Positions 39,352 through 48,555 of a DNA stretch of 64,000 nucleotides are shown one piece after another; position 1 is the stretch's first letter; each line of letters opens with the position of its first letter. The notes below the pieces were generated by a model. The model was given only the letters and a program-made list of their open reading frames with translations. It ran no database searches and had not been told where the DNA came from. Source of the stretch: Spirochaetales bacterium (GTDB lineage: Bacteria > Spirochaetota > GWE2-31-10 > MWDO01); contig JAFYAI010000144.1 in the NCBI GenBank assembly GCA_017540815.1, positions 67,705 through 131,704 of the forward strand. Reading direction: 5' to 3'. Position numbers and translations under genes: made by a program.

Positions 39352-40182
39352 TTATCCATCCTGTAAAACTTTTTTGAAATTGTTCTTCTCGTCGATTTTT
39401 TCTGCCGCATTCCTAAAAAGACCGTTCACATCCACAATGAATTTTTCGGGCTTTTTCTTGTCTAAAAGAATGCTTACCTTTGTTCCCGGTTTAATAAATT
39501 TGTACGGTTCGGTCCAAAAAACCGCACTTTCAACATATTTTTCTTGTCCATCTGAGTCATAGCAGCAGATAAGGGTGTAATTTTTTTTGAAGCGTAATTT
39601 TCTGTTTATTGTCGTATCCCGCTCTGCATTATGTTCAACAATCTTCACTACAGTTCCTTCTGTTTCAACGGCATTTTTTGCAGAAAGCTCAACCCAGGGA
39701 TGCTCCTTCCAGAAGCGCTTGTTGAAGAGTTTTGTCTTAAGGTAGCCTAAAAGTCCAACCTTGAAGCCTATATAAAAGAAAATGCCTCCCATAACAAGCA
39801 GGAACATCGGCCCAAAAAACAATTCTGACTGCAACCGCGCTTTATAAGGCTCTCCGTTCAGCACATATACGGTGAAAGTTTCCCCTTCCGTCCATGCGGT
39901 GCTGCGAACACCGGGATGAATTTCATATTTTTTTTCATTGTAATAAAAAGAAAACCTGGAACCTTTGTCGGAAACGGAAATCAGCTCCGCCTTTACAGGT
40001 TCGCCTTTTACAACATACTCAATTTTGGAAGGGAGAATCAGGCACATAATCAAAAGCATAACAAGACCCGGAAGGCCAAAGGCAAGAAGTGCAATCTTCA
40101 GCGGCGAATCGATTCCTTTGTCAGTGCGAGGCTTTTCATTCTCAAAAATTTCAATTTTTTGAATAGATTGAATAGAATTCAT
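39352..40182 (-). CDS. membrane protein with two tandem DUF3592-like domains
   Basis: GETFTVYVLNGEPYKARL and GTKVSILLDKKKPEKF blocks, each preceded by a TM helix. 4-nt overlap with the FGE-like ORF upstream. Confidence 0.6.
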   Translation of the reverse strand: MNSIQSIQKIEIFENEKPRTDKGIDSPLKIALLAFGLPGLVMLLIMCLILPSKIEYVVKGEPVKAELISVSDKGSRFSFYYNEKKYEIHPGVRSTAWTEGETFTVYVLNGEPYKARLQSELFFGPMFLLVMGGIFFYIGFKVGLLGYLKTKLFNKRFWKEHPWVELSAKNAVETEGTVVKIVEHNAERDTTINRKLRFKKNYTLICCYDSDGQEKYVESAVFWTEPYKFIKPGTKVSILLDKKKPEKFIVDVNGLFRNAAEKIDEKNNFKKVLQDG

Positions 40183-41507
40183 ATTCCTTTCTCCGTTTTA
40201 TTATCATCTTCTGTCTGCTGCTGCGGACGGGCGTGCGGGGCGATCTGATGCGACAAGCCATCTCCAATGTGCCTGCCTGCTGCCCGGAACGAACCACACG
40301 GAAGCTGCGGCTGCCGCTCCTGCTGCCCGGAACGGACAACACGGAAACCTACGCCGTAGTTCCCGATGCCGGGGTCATAGTCGCCACGCCCCGACACTGA
40401 GCAGAGGTTCGCAAAATAGTTCCAACTGCCGCCGCGAAAAACTCGGCAATCGCCCGACGATTCTCCGGCGTAATCTTTACTATTTGATCGATTATCGCCA
40501 TACCAATCCCAGCACCATTCCCAAACATTGCCGCTCATATCATATATTCCGAGTTCATTGGCTTGCTTTGTATTTACTTCGTGTGATACAAATCCGCTGT
40601 TGCCATTATACCAAGCGACTTCGTCAATATCATTACTGCCGGCATATTTATATCCTTGACTGCTGCTTCCTCCGCGTGCGGCAAACTCCCATTCATTCTC
40701 TGTCGGCAGGCGATAGCCGTCAGCCGTCAGCTCACAAACTGCGTTATCCCACAATGTATCGTTATCTGTCGGCACACTTGCTGCATCTTCGGGATATGTG
40801 CCGTCTGAGAGTTTATAGCAGCGTGTCCTGCCCATCAGCAGCGACAATTTGTTGCAGAAGACTATCGCATCATACCAGCTGACTTGTTCCACCGGATGAT
40901 TGCAGCCTTTGAAATAAGCAGGATTATGCCCCATTACTTCTTCGTAGAGTCTCTGTGTCACCTGATATTTGCCGATCTCAAAACCGCTTACCGTAATGCT
41001 GTATTTCTTACGCTCAGCTTCACATTTCAATGTGCCGCCTTCCACTCGGATCATCGGACAAATATCATTGACTGTTATATTCAGGCTCTTTAGCCTATCG
41101 ATGACATCATCTTTATCGGCTTTGGCGGCGATGAGAGCAAGTATGTCGTTGAGATTTTCCACCCATTCGACAACTTTTGCATTTGCCAGCTCCAGCTCGA
41201 TGTTATACTTGCCCCAAATGATAATATACTGAGCCTGCTCGCCATGATATGGCCTGACATTTGCCAAGCCGAATGCAGCAACAGCACGCTCCAACGCAGT
41301 CTTCGCAGAAACATAATTAATCTCATCAAGTTTTGCCTGTTTGGCTTTTTCTATATCAAAGTCGGTATTATGACAGTTATCCGTATTATGACAGTCATCC
41401 TCAGAATTAAGGGCATCCATGAACCCCGTTATTATATCAAAGTCGGATTTTATTATATCAAAGGCAGAATTTATTATATCGAAGTCAGTATTATGACGGT
41501 TATCCAT
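40179..41507 (-). CDS. FGE-sulfatase (formylglycine-generating-enzyme fold) domain protein, non-catalytic type, with a repeat-rich N-terminal extension and an aberrant duplicated C-terminus
   Basis: Core YQVTQRLYEEVMG...GYRLPTENEWEFAARGG...DMSGNVWEWCWDWYG...RVFRGGSW...GFRVVRSGQQ lacks the FGE Cys-x4-Cys pair. The 3' end contains a roughly 40-bp tandem duplication re-encoding FRVVRSGQQ in another frame (40290-40390). Confidence 0.75.
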   Translation of the reverse strand: MDNRHNTDFDIINSAFDIIKSDFDIITGFMDALNSEDDCHNTDNCHNTDFDIEKAKQAKLDEINYVSAKTALERAVAAFGLANVRPYHGEQAQYIIIWGKYNIELELANAKVVEWVENLNDILALIAAKADKDDVIDRLKSLNITVNDICPMIRVEGGTLKCEAERKKYSITVSGFEIGKYQVTQRLYEEVMGHNPAYFKGCNHPVEQVSWYDAIVFCNKLSLLMGRTRCYKLSDGTYPEDAASVPTDNDTLWDNAVCELTADGYRLPTENEWEFAARGGSSSQGYKYAGSNDIDEVAWYNGNSGFVSHEVNTKQANELGIYDMSGNVWEWCWDWYGDNRSNSKDYAGESSGDCRVFRGGSWNYFANLCSVSGRGDYDPGIGNYGVGFRVVRSGQQERQPQLPCGSFRAAGRHIGDGLSHQIAPHARPQQQTEDDNKTEKGI

Positions 41508-41530
41508 AGAATGCTCCTAATATAATTATA

Positions 41531-41567
41531 AAAAGATAAAAAAATCAAAGACTTTTTTATCTTTTTA
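41531..41567 (-). terminator. rho-independent terminator after the second FGE-like gene
   Basis: aaaaagataaaaaa-tcaaagac-ttttttatcttttt hairpin with flanking U-tract. Confidence 0.6.
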
Positions 41568-41575
41568 TAATTGAT

Positions 41576-41600
41576 CATTGCTCACTGCACATTGCCCATT
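41576..41600. repeat. 25-bp direct repeat copy 1 (cattgctcactgcacattgcccatt)
   Basis: 24/25 identical to 42770..42794. The two copies bracket the second FGE-like gene. Confidence 0.75.
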
Positions 41601-41604
41601 GCCC

Positions 41605-42462
41605 TCACTTCCCGTTCTTCACAACACGGAAGCCCATGTAGTCGTACCAATTGTCAGGTTCGCGGCACTCACGATCGGAGACGGAACAGCCCTCAGCACT
41701 GCTTAACCAACTGCCACCCCGATAAACTCGGCAATCGCCCATTGATGCTCCGGCGTAATCTTTAGTATCCGGTCTGTCACCGCCATACCAATCCCAGCAC
41801 CATTCCATAACATTACCGCTCATATCATAGATACCGAGTTCATTGGTTTTCTTTGTCTTTATTTTGTGTGTTGCATTTTTGCTGTTGTCAAAGTGCCAAG
41901 CCACATCATCTATATTATTACTTCCGCTGTATGTATAGCCTTTGCTCTGCTTGCCGCCTTTTGCTGCCCATTCCCATTCATTCTCTGTCGGCAGGCGATA
42001 GCCATTGGCAGATTTATTCCAGACAACAGTCCATTTACCATCATAAATGCTTGTGTTATCGGGATCTTCGCGGTCTTTGTCTATCGTATAGCACGGAGTC
42101 AGTCCTTCTTTGAGGCTTAACGCAATACAATATTCTACTGCGTCATACCAGCTGACATTCTCAACAGGTTTGTTGTCGCCTTTGAAATAACTCGGTTTGT
42201 TTCCCGTTACGGCACGATATTCCGCCTGCGTCACTTCGTGATCACAGATATAAAACGATGATACTAAGTCATTGCCTTCGACAAAAACAAAGTCTCCTTT
42301 CTTCGGCTCTGCTGCATTTGCCGTCTGTACCGCCGGCGAGAATGTCGCCAACAGTAGAATGTTTAGAATAATGAGGTGTTTAAAGTGAAAGTGAGTAAAA
42401 AGAGAGGTCTTGCCCCCAAAGCGATTTTCGTGCCAACTTTGAGGTTTTTTATAATTTTTCAT
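41605..42462 (-). CDS. secreted FGE-sulfatase-domain protein (non-catalytic type)
   Basis: Signal peptide ...LLLATFSPAVQTANA. Core EVTQAEYRAVTG...GYRLPTENEWEWAAKGG...DMSGNVMEWCWDWYG...RVYRGGSW...GFRVVKNGK. Confidence 0.8.
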   Translation of the reverse strand: MKNYKKPQSWHENRFGGKTSLFTHFHFKHLIILNILLLATFSPAVQTANAAEPKKGDFVFVEGNDLVSSFYICDHEVTQAEYRAVTGNKPSYFKGDNKPVENVSWYDAVEYCIALSLKEGLTPCYTIDKDREDPDNTSIYDGKWTVVWNKSANGYRLPTENEWEWAAKGGKQSKGYTYSGSNNIDDVAWHFDNSKNATHKIKTKKTNELGIYDMSGNVMEWCWDWYGGDRPDTKDYAGASMGDCRVYRGGSWLSSAEGCSVSDRECREPDNWYDYMGFRVVKNGK

Positions 42463-42726
42463 TGAATTATCCTTCCTTTTTGTAGAATTTGTATTTATAT
42501 TATATTTTACACGAAATATGAGAATAATTCAATAAAAATCAGGATTTTTATCTTTTTTGTAGATTTTTTTGCAATAATGATGTGATTATGTCTTGGAATT
42601 TCAAGCATATTGTCAATATTAACACCATAAAAGGAATAAAAGTCCTGACAACAATGGAAGGATATAAAGATATATTGATTTATTCACCGGAAGCGTTCCA
42701 AATTGATAAGGAGGATAATGATGAAA

Positions 42727-42766
42727 ACAAAATAGATTTTGCTTCGCAAAATCTATTTTGTTTTAC
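42727..42766 (-). terminator. rho-independent terminator downstream of carB
   Basis: aaaatagatttt-gcttcgc-aaaatctatttt perfect 12-bp stem followed by a U-run on the minus strand. Confidence 0.65.
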
Positions 42767-42769
42767 AAT

Positions 42770-42794
42770 AATTGCTCACTGCACATTGCTCATT
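42770..42794. repeat. 25-bp direct repeat copy 2 (aattgctcactgcacattgctcatt)
   Basis: See copy 1. Lies between the carB stop and its terminator. Confidence 0.75.
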
Positions 42795-42802
42795 AAAATC
42801 AG

Positions 42803-45800
42803 TTACACCTCTTCTACGCCAATCGTCATCTCTTCAAGCACATCAAGCAGCACACGTACCGTGTCAAGCGATGTGAACATTGTTACGCGGTTTTGCGTGG
42901 CGGCTCGGCGAATGGCAGCTCCGTCTTTGTAATGAATACCGGAAAGAATCGCCCTTGTGTTGACCACATAGCTTACATAACCGGCACAGATTGAGTCGAT
43001 AACCTCGTGACTTCCTTCGCTGAGTTTATGAAGCGTTCGTGTTTGTATTCCGTGTCGGTTTAAGAATTCCGCAGTATGCGTTGTTGCTTCTATGTTGAAG
43101 CCCAGTTCGTAAAATCTTTTTGCAAGCGGCAGACCTTCTTCTTTGTCTTCGTTGGCAAGGGTAAAGATTACCGTTCCGTAATTCTGAATGCCGATCCCGC
43201 TTGCTGTCAATGCCTTGTAAAGAGCCCGATGAAGTTTCTTGTCATAACCGATCGCCTCTCCCGTAGACTTCATTTCCGGCGAAAGATAAGAGTCCATTCC
43301 CTGAAGTTTTGAGAAAGAGAATACCGGAGCTTTCACAAACCATCTCTGTCCGCGTCCGGGATTCATATCCGTAATGCCCTGATTGCGGAGTGTCTGCCCT
43401 ATTGCGATTTTCGCCGCAATATCAGCCAAATAAAATCCTGTCGCCTTTGACAGGAAAGGCACAGTCCGGCTGCTTCTGGGATTTACTTCGATGATGTAGA
43501 CTTTTTGATCAGGCGACACGATAAACTGAATGTTGAAAAGTCCGCGGATTCCAATCGCAAGCCCCAGTCTCCTCGTGTAGTCGCGGATTGTCTCCTGTAC
43601 TGCATCCGAAATCGAAAAAGTCGGATACACACTGATAGAATCCCCCGAATGAACGCCGGTCCGCTCAACAAGCTCCATAATGCCGGGGATAAAGACATCC
43701 GTACCGTCGCAGATCGCATCAACCTCAATTTCCTTGCCGGCAATATAATGATCTACCAGCACGGGACGCTTCTCATCAATCTCAACGGCGGTCTTCAGAT
43801 AATGACGCAGATCTGCTTCTTTGGAAACAATCTGCATCGCTCGTCCGCCCAAAACAAAACTCGGTCGCACAAGAACAGGATAGCCGACTTTTTCCGCTGC
43901 CGCTACACCGTCTTCGATCGAAGTTACGGCAACGCCGGATGACTGCGGAATGTTTTCGTTTTCAAGAAGCATCTCAAACAAGTCTCGGTCTTCCGCTTTT
44001 TTTATCGCTTCAAAATCCGTTCCGATTAAATGAACACCTCGTTCGGTCAGCGATTCGGCAAGATTTACCGCCGTTTGACCGCCAAGACTCACGATCACGC
44101 CAAGCGGATGCTCCATCTCTATCACATTCATTACATCTTCTATAAAAAGCGGCTCAAAGTAAAGTTTGTCGCTCGTCGTATAATCTGTGGAAACAGTCTC
44201 CGGATTATTGTTAATTACAATCGCCTCATATCCCGCCTCACGCAGAGTCTTCACCGCATGCACCGTAGAGTAGTCAAACTCAACTCCCTGACCGATACGG
44301 ATTGGACCTGCACCCAAGACGATTATTTTTTGCTTCGTGCCGAGCTGCACCGCTTCATTCTCGCTTTCATAGCAGGAATAAAAATATGGCACATAACTTT
44401 TGAACTCCGACGCACAGGTATCTATCATTTTGTAAACCGGCATAATGCCGCTTTGTTTCCTCAGTTCAAAAACTTCTTTTTCGGTTTTTTGCCACAAATG
44501 TGCAATGTAACGGTCAGAAAATCCCATCCGCTTCGCTTTCAAAAGTTCGTCAGTGTCAAGCGGATTTGCTTTTAAGACTTTTTCTTCCTGCACGATTTTA
44601 TTTATTTTATATAAAAAGAACTTGTCGATTTGTGTTATCTCGTGAATATTATTCAGTGTATTTTCATCCCTCCACAAAAGTTCAGCGATCGCATAAAGGC
44701 GGTCATCTGTTCCTTTTGAGATATAAGCAAAAAGTTCTTCATCAGACAAACTGTCAAACTTTTTCAGATAAATGTGTTCAACGCCCAGTTCAAGACTGCG
44801 GATCGCTTTCAGAAGGCTTTCTTCAAAAGTGCGTCCAATGCTCATCGCCTCGCCTGTGGCTTTCATCTGTGTGCCGAGCGTCTGGTTCGCATCGGTGAAT
44901 TTGTCAAACGGGAAACGAGGCATCTTTGTCACAACATAGTCAAGTGCAGGCTCAAAGCAGGCACTCGTATTTGCAAGACTGATCTCATCAAGGGTAAACC
45001 CAACGCTGATCTTTGTGGAGACTCGTGCAATCGGGTAACCGCTCGCCTTGGATGCCAATGCCGAAGACCGTGAAACACGCGGATTAACCTCTATCAGATA
45101 ATACTGAAACGACTGCGGATCGAGTGCGAACTGCACATTGCAGCCACCCTCAACTTTGAGTGCACGGATAAGCTTCAATGCACTGTCGCGGAGCATGTGA
45201 TATTCTCTGTTGGTCAGCGTCTGGCTTGGACACACTACGATTGAGTCGCCGGTATGAATGCCCACGGGATCCAAGTTTTCCATATTGCATACGGTGATCG
45301 CCGTATCGCTGCTGTCACGGATTACTTCATATTCGATCTCCTTGTAGCCCTTCACGCTTTTTTCTACAAGCACTTCACTCACCGGGGACAGTTCAAGTCC
45401 TTTTTTTAGAATTTCGTCAAGCATCGCCTCATCATCGGCAAAGCCGCCGCCTGTTCCGCCAAGGGTGAATGCCGGACGCAGCACCACTGGATAGCCGATT
45501 TCTTTTGCGGCTTTTCGCCCTTCTTCAAGCGAATGAACAGTGATCGAAGGCAAAACAGGTTCGCCGATTTGTTTGCACAAGTTCTTGAAGAGTTCACGGT
45601 CTTCTGCCATTTCTATACTTTCGAGTTTTGTTCCCAAAAGTTCACAGCTGCATTCGGAGAGAACGCCTTTTTTTGCAAGCTGGACAGCGAGATTGAGACC
45701 TGTCTGACCGCCAAGACCCGGCAGGATTGCATTGGGGCGTTCCTTGCGGATAATCTTTGCCATATATTCAAGGTTAAGCGGTTCCATATATATTTTATCC

Positions 45801-45982
45801 GCCACCGTTTTATCAGTCATAATCGTAGCGGGATTCGAGTTGCACAGGACAACTTCGTAGCCTTCCTCTTTTAAGGCAAGAGCAGCTTCCGTTCCCGCAT
45901 AGTCAAATTCCGCTGCCTGTCCGATCACAATCGGACCTGAGCCGATTACCAATATTTTGTGAATGTCTGTTCTTTTTGGCAT
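42803..45982 (-). CDS. carB: carbamoyl-phosphate synthase large subunit
   Basis: 1059 aa. Duplicated ATP-grasp halves and C-terminal MGS-like domain. N-terminal MPKRTDIHKILVIGSGPIVIGQAAEFDYAG. Confidence 0.95.
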   Translation of the reverse strand: MPKRTDIHKILVIGSGPIVIGQAAEFDYAGTEAALALKEEGYEVVLCNSNPATIMTDKTVADKIYMEPLNLEYMAKIIRKERPNAILPGLGGQTGLNLAVQLAKKGVLSECSCELLGTKLESIEMAEDRELFKNLCKQIGEPVLPSITVHSLEEGRKAAKEIGYPVVLRPAFTLGGTGGGFADDEAMLDEILKKGLELSPVSEVLVEKSVKGYKEIEYEVIRDSSDTAITVCNMENLDPVGIHTGDSIVVCPSQTLTNREYHMLRDSALKLIRALKVEGGCNVQFALDPQSFQYYLIEVNPRVSRSSALASKASGYPIARVSTKISVGFTLDEISLANTSACFEPALDYVVTKMPRFPFDKFTDANQTLGTQMKATGEAMSIGRTFEESLLKAIRSLELGVEHIYLKKFDSLSDEELFAYISKGTDDRLYAIAELLWRDENTLNNIHEITQIDKFFLYKINKIVQEEKVLKANPLDTDELLKAKRMGFSDRYIAHLWQKTEKEVFELRKQSGIMPVYKMIDTCASEFKSYVPYFYSCYESENEAVQLGTKQKIIVLGAGPIRIGQGVEFDYSTVHAVKTLREAGYEAIVINNNPETVSTDYTTSDKLYFEPLFIEDVMNVIEMEHPLGVIVSLGGQTAVNLAESLTERGVHLIGTDFEAIKKAEDRDLFEMLLENENIPQSSGVAVTSIEDGVAAAEKVGYPVLVRPSFVLGGRAMQIVSKEADLRHYLKTAVEIDEKRPVLVDHYIAGKEIEVDAICDGTDVFIPGIMELVERTGVHSGDSISVYPTFSISDAVQETIRDYTRRLGLAIGIRGLFNIQFIVSPDQKVYIIEVNPRSSRTVPFLSKATGFYLADIAAKIAIGQTLRNQGITDMNPGRGQRWFVKAPVFSFSKLQGMDSYLSPEMKSTGEAIGYDKKLHRALYKALTASGIGIQNYGTVIFTLANEDKEEGLPLAKRFYELGFNIEATTHTAEFLNRHGIQTRTLHKLSEGSHEVIDSICAGYVSYVVNTRAILSGIHYKDGAAIRRAATQNRVTMFTSLDTVRVLLDVLEEMTIGVEEV

Positions 45983-45983
45983 T

Positions 45984-47066
45984 TTACCTGCTCCTTTCCA
46001 TTGATTTTATAAACTCGTCAAACAAATACTTGCCGTCGGTCGGACCGGGAGAACTCTCGGGGTGATACTGCACACTGAATGTCGGCTCGCTTTTATGACG
46101 CAAGCCTTCAATCGTTTTATCCAACAGATTAATGTGCGTAACTTCAAGACCTGTTCCTGCAAGTGAGTTTTCGTCCACCGCATAAGAATGATTCTGGCTT
46201 GTGATTTCTATTTTGCCGGTCAGAAGATTCTTGACAGGATGATTGCCGCCGCGATGACCAAACTTCAGCTTATAAGTTTTTGCTCCGTATGCAAGCGAGA
46301 TTATCTGATGACCGAGGCATATCCCGAAAATCGGGATGCTGCCGCGAAGTGATTTTACAAGAGCAATCGCTTCTCGGACATCTGTAGGATTGCCAGGACC
46401 GTTGGACAGGAACACTCCATCCGGATTACAGGCTCGCACTTGCTCTGCCGTAACATTCCACGGGAAAACCGTAACGGAACAGCCGCATGCCAACAGAGAA
46501 CGCACAATGTTTTGTTTCATGCCAAAGTCAATCGCCGCCACACGGAACTTTTCGTTTTCTGCTTTGTATTCTTCGGCAGTCTTTCTGCTCACGCGAGCTA
46601 CCGCATCGCACGGTGCTTTGTACTCGGCAAGTTTGCTTAATGCGTCATTTTTATCCGCTGCGGCGGATGTGAGCAGGACATTCATGCAGCCGCAGTCACG
46701 GATTTTTCGCACAAGAGCTCGCGTATCAACTCCGGAGATTCCTGCGATATTATATTGCTTCATCAGCGAAGAAAGTGTTCCTGTTGAACGGAAGTTGGAA
46801 GGCTCATCGTTGTAATCACGAACGACAAGTGCACCGATTGTGGGCGTGCGTGTTTCAAAATCATCGTCATTTATACCGTAATTCCCGATTAGAGGATATG
46901 CCATCACGACAGCCTGATCAGTATATGACGGATCGGAAATTATTTCCTGATAGCCGACAGGTGATGTGTTGAATACAAGTTCCAACATCTTTTCGCAGTC
47001 AGCTCCGAATGAGTATCCGTAAAACTCACTCCCATCCGGCAAAACAAGTTTTTTATTCTCTTTCAT
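45984..47066 (-). CDS. carA: carbamoyl-phosphate synthase small (glutamine amidotransferase) subunit
   Basis: GICLGHQ catalytic Cys motif and HPE near the C-terminus. 1-nt gap to carB. Confidence 0.95.
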   Translation of the reverse strand: MKENKKLVLPDGSEFYGYSFGADCEKMLELVFNTSPVGYQEIISDPSYTDQAVVMAYPLIGNYGINDDDFETRTPTIGALVVRDYNDEPSNFRSTGTLSSLMKQYNIAGISGVDTRALVRKIRDCGCMNVLLTSAAADKNDALSKLAEYKAPCDAVARVSRKTAEEYKAENEKFRVAAIDFGMKQNIVRSLLACGCSVTVFPWNVTAEQVRACNPDGVFLSNGPGNPTDVREAIALVKSLRGSIPIFGICLGHQIISLAYGAKTYKLKFGHRGGNHPVKNLLTGKIEITSQNHSYAVDENSLAGTGLEVTHINLLDKTIEGLRHKSEPTFSVQYHPESSPGPTDGKYLFDEFIKSMERSR

Positions 47067-48502
47067 ACTCCCTCCTGAATATTCCCTTCAAATCTATCCT
47101 TTCGCATGTCCTTCGGTATGGGGACGGGGTAGTCTCCGTCAAAACATGCACAACAATATCCTCTGCCGCATGTCATTTTTTCCAAAGCATGCAAAGGCAA
47201 AAACGCAAGGCTGTCCGCTCCTATCATTTTTGCGATCTCCTCTATGCTGTGATGAGTTGCGATCAGATATTCTTCGGAATCTATATCTACACCGTAGAAG
47301 CACGGATGCCTAAACGGCGGACTGGATATCCGCACATGGATTTCTTTTGCTCCGGCTTCCCGCAAAAGTTCTACGATTCTTCGGCTTGTAGTTCCCCGCA
47401 CGATTGAATCGTCAATTAACACAATTCGCTGTCCGCTGACGACGCTCTTTATCGGACTAAGTTTCAGACGCACCGTATCACTGCGTAATTGCTGGTTCGG
47501 AGCGATAAAACTTCTGCCGGTATATTTGTTTTTAATAAGCCCTGTCTCGTAAGGAATGTGACTTCGCTTGGCATAACCTATCGCCGCATCAAGCCCCGAA
47601 TCAGGAACGCCTATTACAATGTCAGCATCGGCAGGGTATGTTTGTGCAAGAATTTCTCCGGCTGTGATACGAGACTGATGAACGCTCACTCCGTCAATCA
47701 CAGAGTCAGGACGCGAAAAATAAATGTATTCAAAAACGCAGGTTCTCTGCGGCTGCTTTTCGCAGATGATTTTCTTCGACTCGTAGATAGCCTTTCCGCT
47801 TTCATTGACAGAAAAGACTATCATCTCTCCGGGTCCGACATCACGAATACCTTTCGCATGGACTGCCTCCAATGCACAAGTTTCGGAAGCAGCTACATAA
47901 GAGCCGTCTTCTCGAACGCCAAAAACCAAAGGACGCAATCCCAGCGGATCGCGAACGGCAATCATTTTTGTTGAAGTCATAATCACAAGACTGTAAGCCC
48001 CTTCAAGACTTGCACAGGCACGGCTCACCGCTTCCTCGATGCTCGAACATTTCAATCGTTGTCGGGTAATGCAGGTACATATCACTTCAGTATCGCTCGT
48101 TGTGTGGAAGATCGCACCATCCTGTTCAAGATTTTTTCGCAGAGACAGTGTGTTGGTCAGGTTTCCGTTATGGGCAACAGCAAGCCTCCCGTTCAAGTGA
48201 TTTACAGTCATAGGCTGTGCATTTTCCTTACAGTTGCTGCCTGTCGTTCCGTAACGCACATGAGCGATTGCGGCATTGCCCTGCGGCAGACCGGCAAGCA
48301 CATCATCAGAGAAAACTTCCCCCACAAGCCCAAGATCTTTATGCACAGTAAAAACTCCGTCGTCATTGACGACCATTCCGCAGGCTTCCTGCCCCCTGTG
48401 CTGCAGACTGAAAAGCCCGTAATAGCAAAGACCGGCCATATCATCTTTATGAGTACCGAAAATTCCGAAAACACCGCATTCCTCATGTATGCTCATCTGC
48501 AA
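47063..48502 (-). CDS. purF: amidophosphoribosyltransferase
   Basis: Short propeptide, then CGVFGIF (Ntn Cys), PRTase motif VLIDDSIVRGTT, C-terminal Fe-S Cys ligands. Confidence 0.9.
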   Translation of the reverse strand: MQMSIHEECGVFGIFGTHKDDMAGLCYYGLFSLQHRGQEACGMVVNDDGVFTVHKDLGLVGEVFSDDVLAGLPQGNAAIAHVRYGTTGSNCKENAQPMTVNHLNGRLAVAHNGNLTNTLSLRKNLEQDGAIFHTTSDTEVICTCITRQRLKCSSIEEAVSRACASLEGAYSLVIMTSTKMIAVRDPLGLRPLVFGVREDGSYVAASETCALEAVHAKGIRDVGPGEMIVFSVNESGKAIYESKKIICEKQPQRTCVFEYIYFSRPDSVIDGVSVHQSRITAGEILAQTYPADADIVIGVPDSGLDAAIGYAKRSHIPYETGLIKNKYTGRSFIAPNQQLRSDTVRLKLSPIKSVVSGQRIVLIDDSIVRGTTSRRIVELLREAGAKEIHVRISSPPFRHPCFYGVDIDSEEYLIATHHSIEEIAKMIGADSLAFLPLHALEKMTCGRGYCCACFDGDYPVPIPKDMRKDRFEGNIQEGV

Positions 48503-48555
48503 ACTCCATTACTCATCTCGAATGTATCGAATATGTAATTTGTCATAATGCAATC

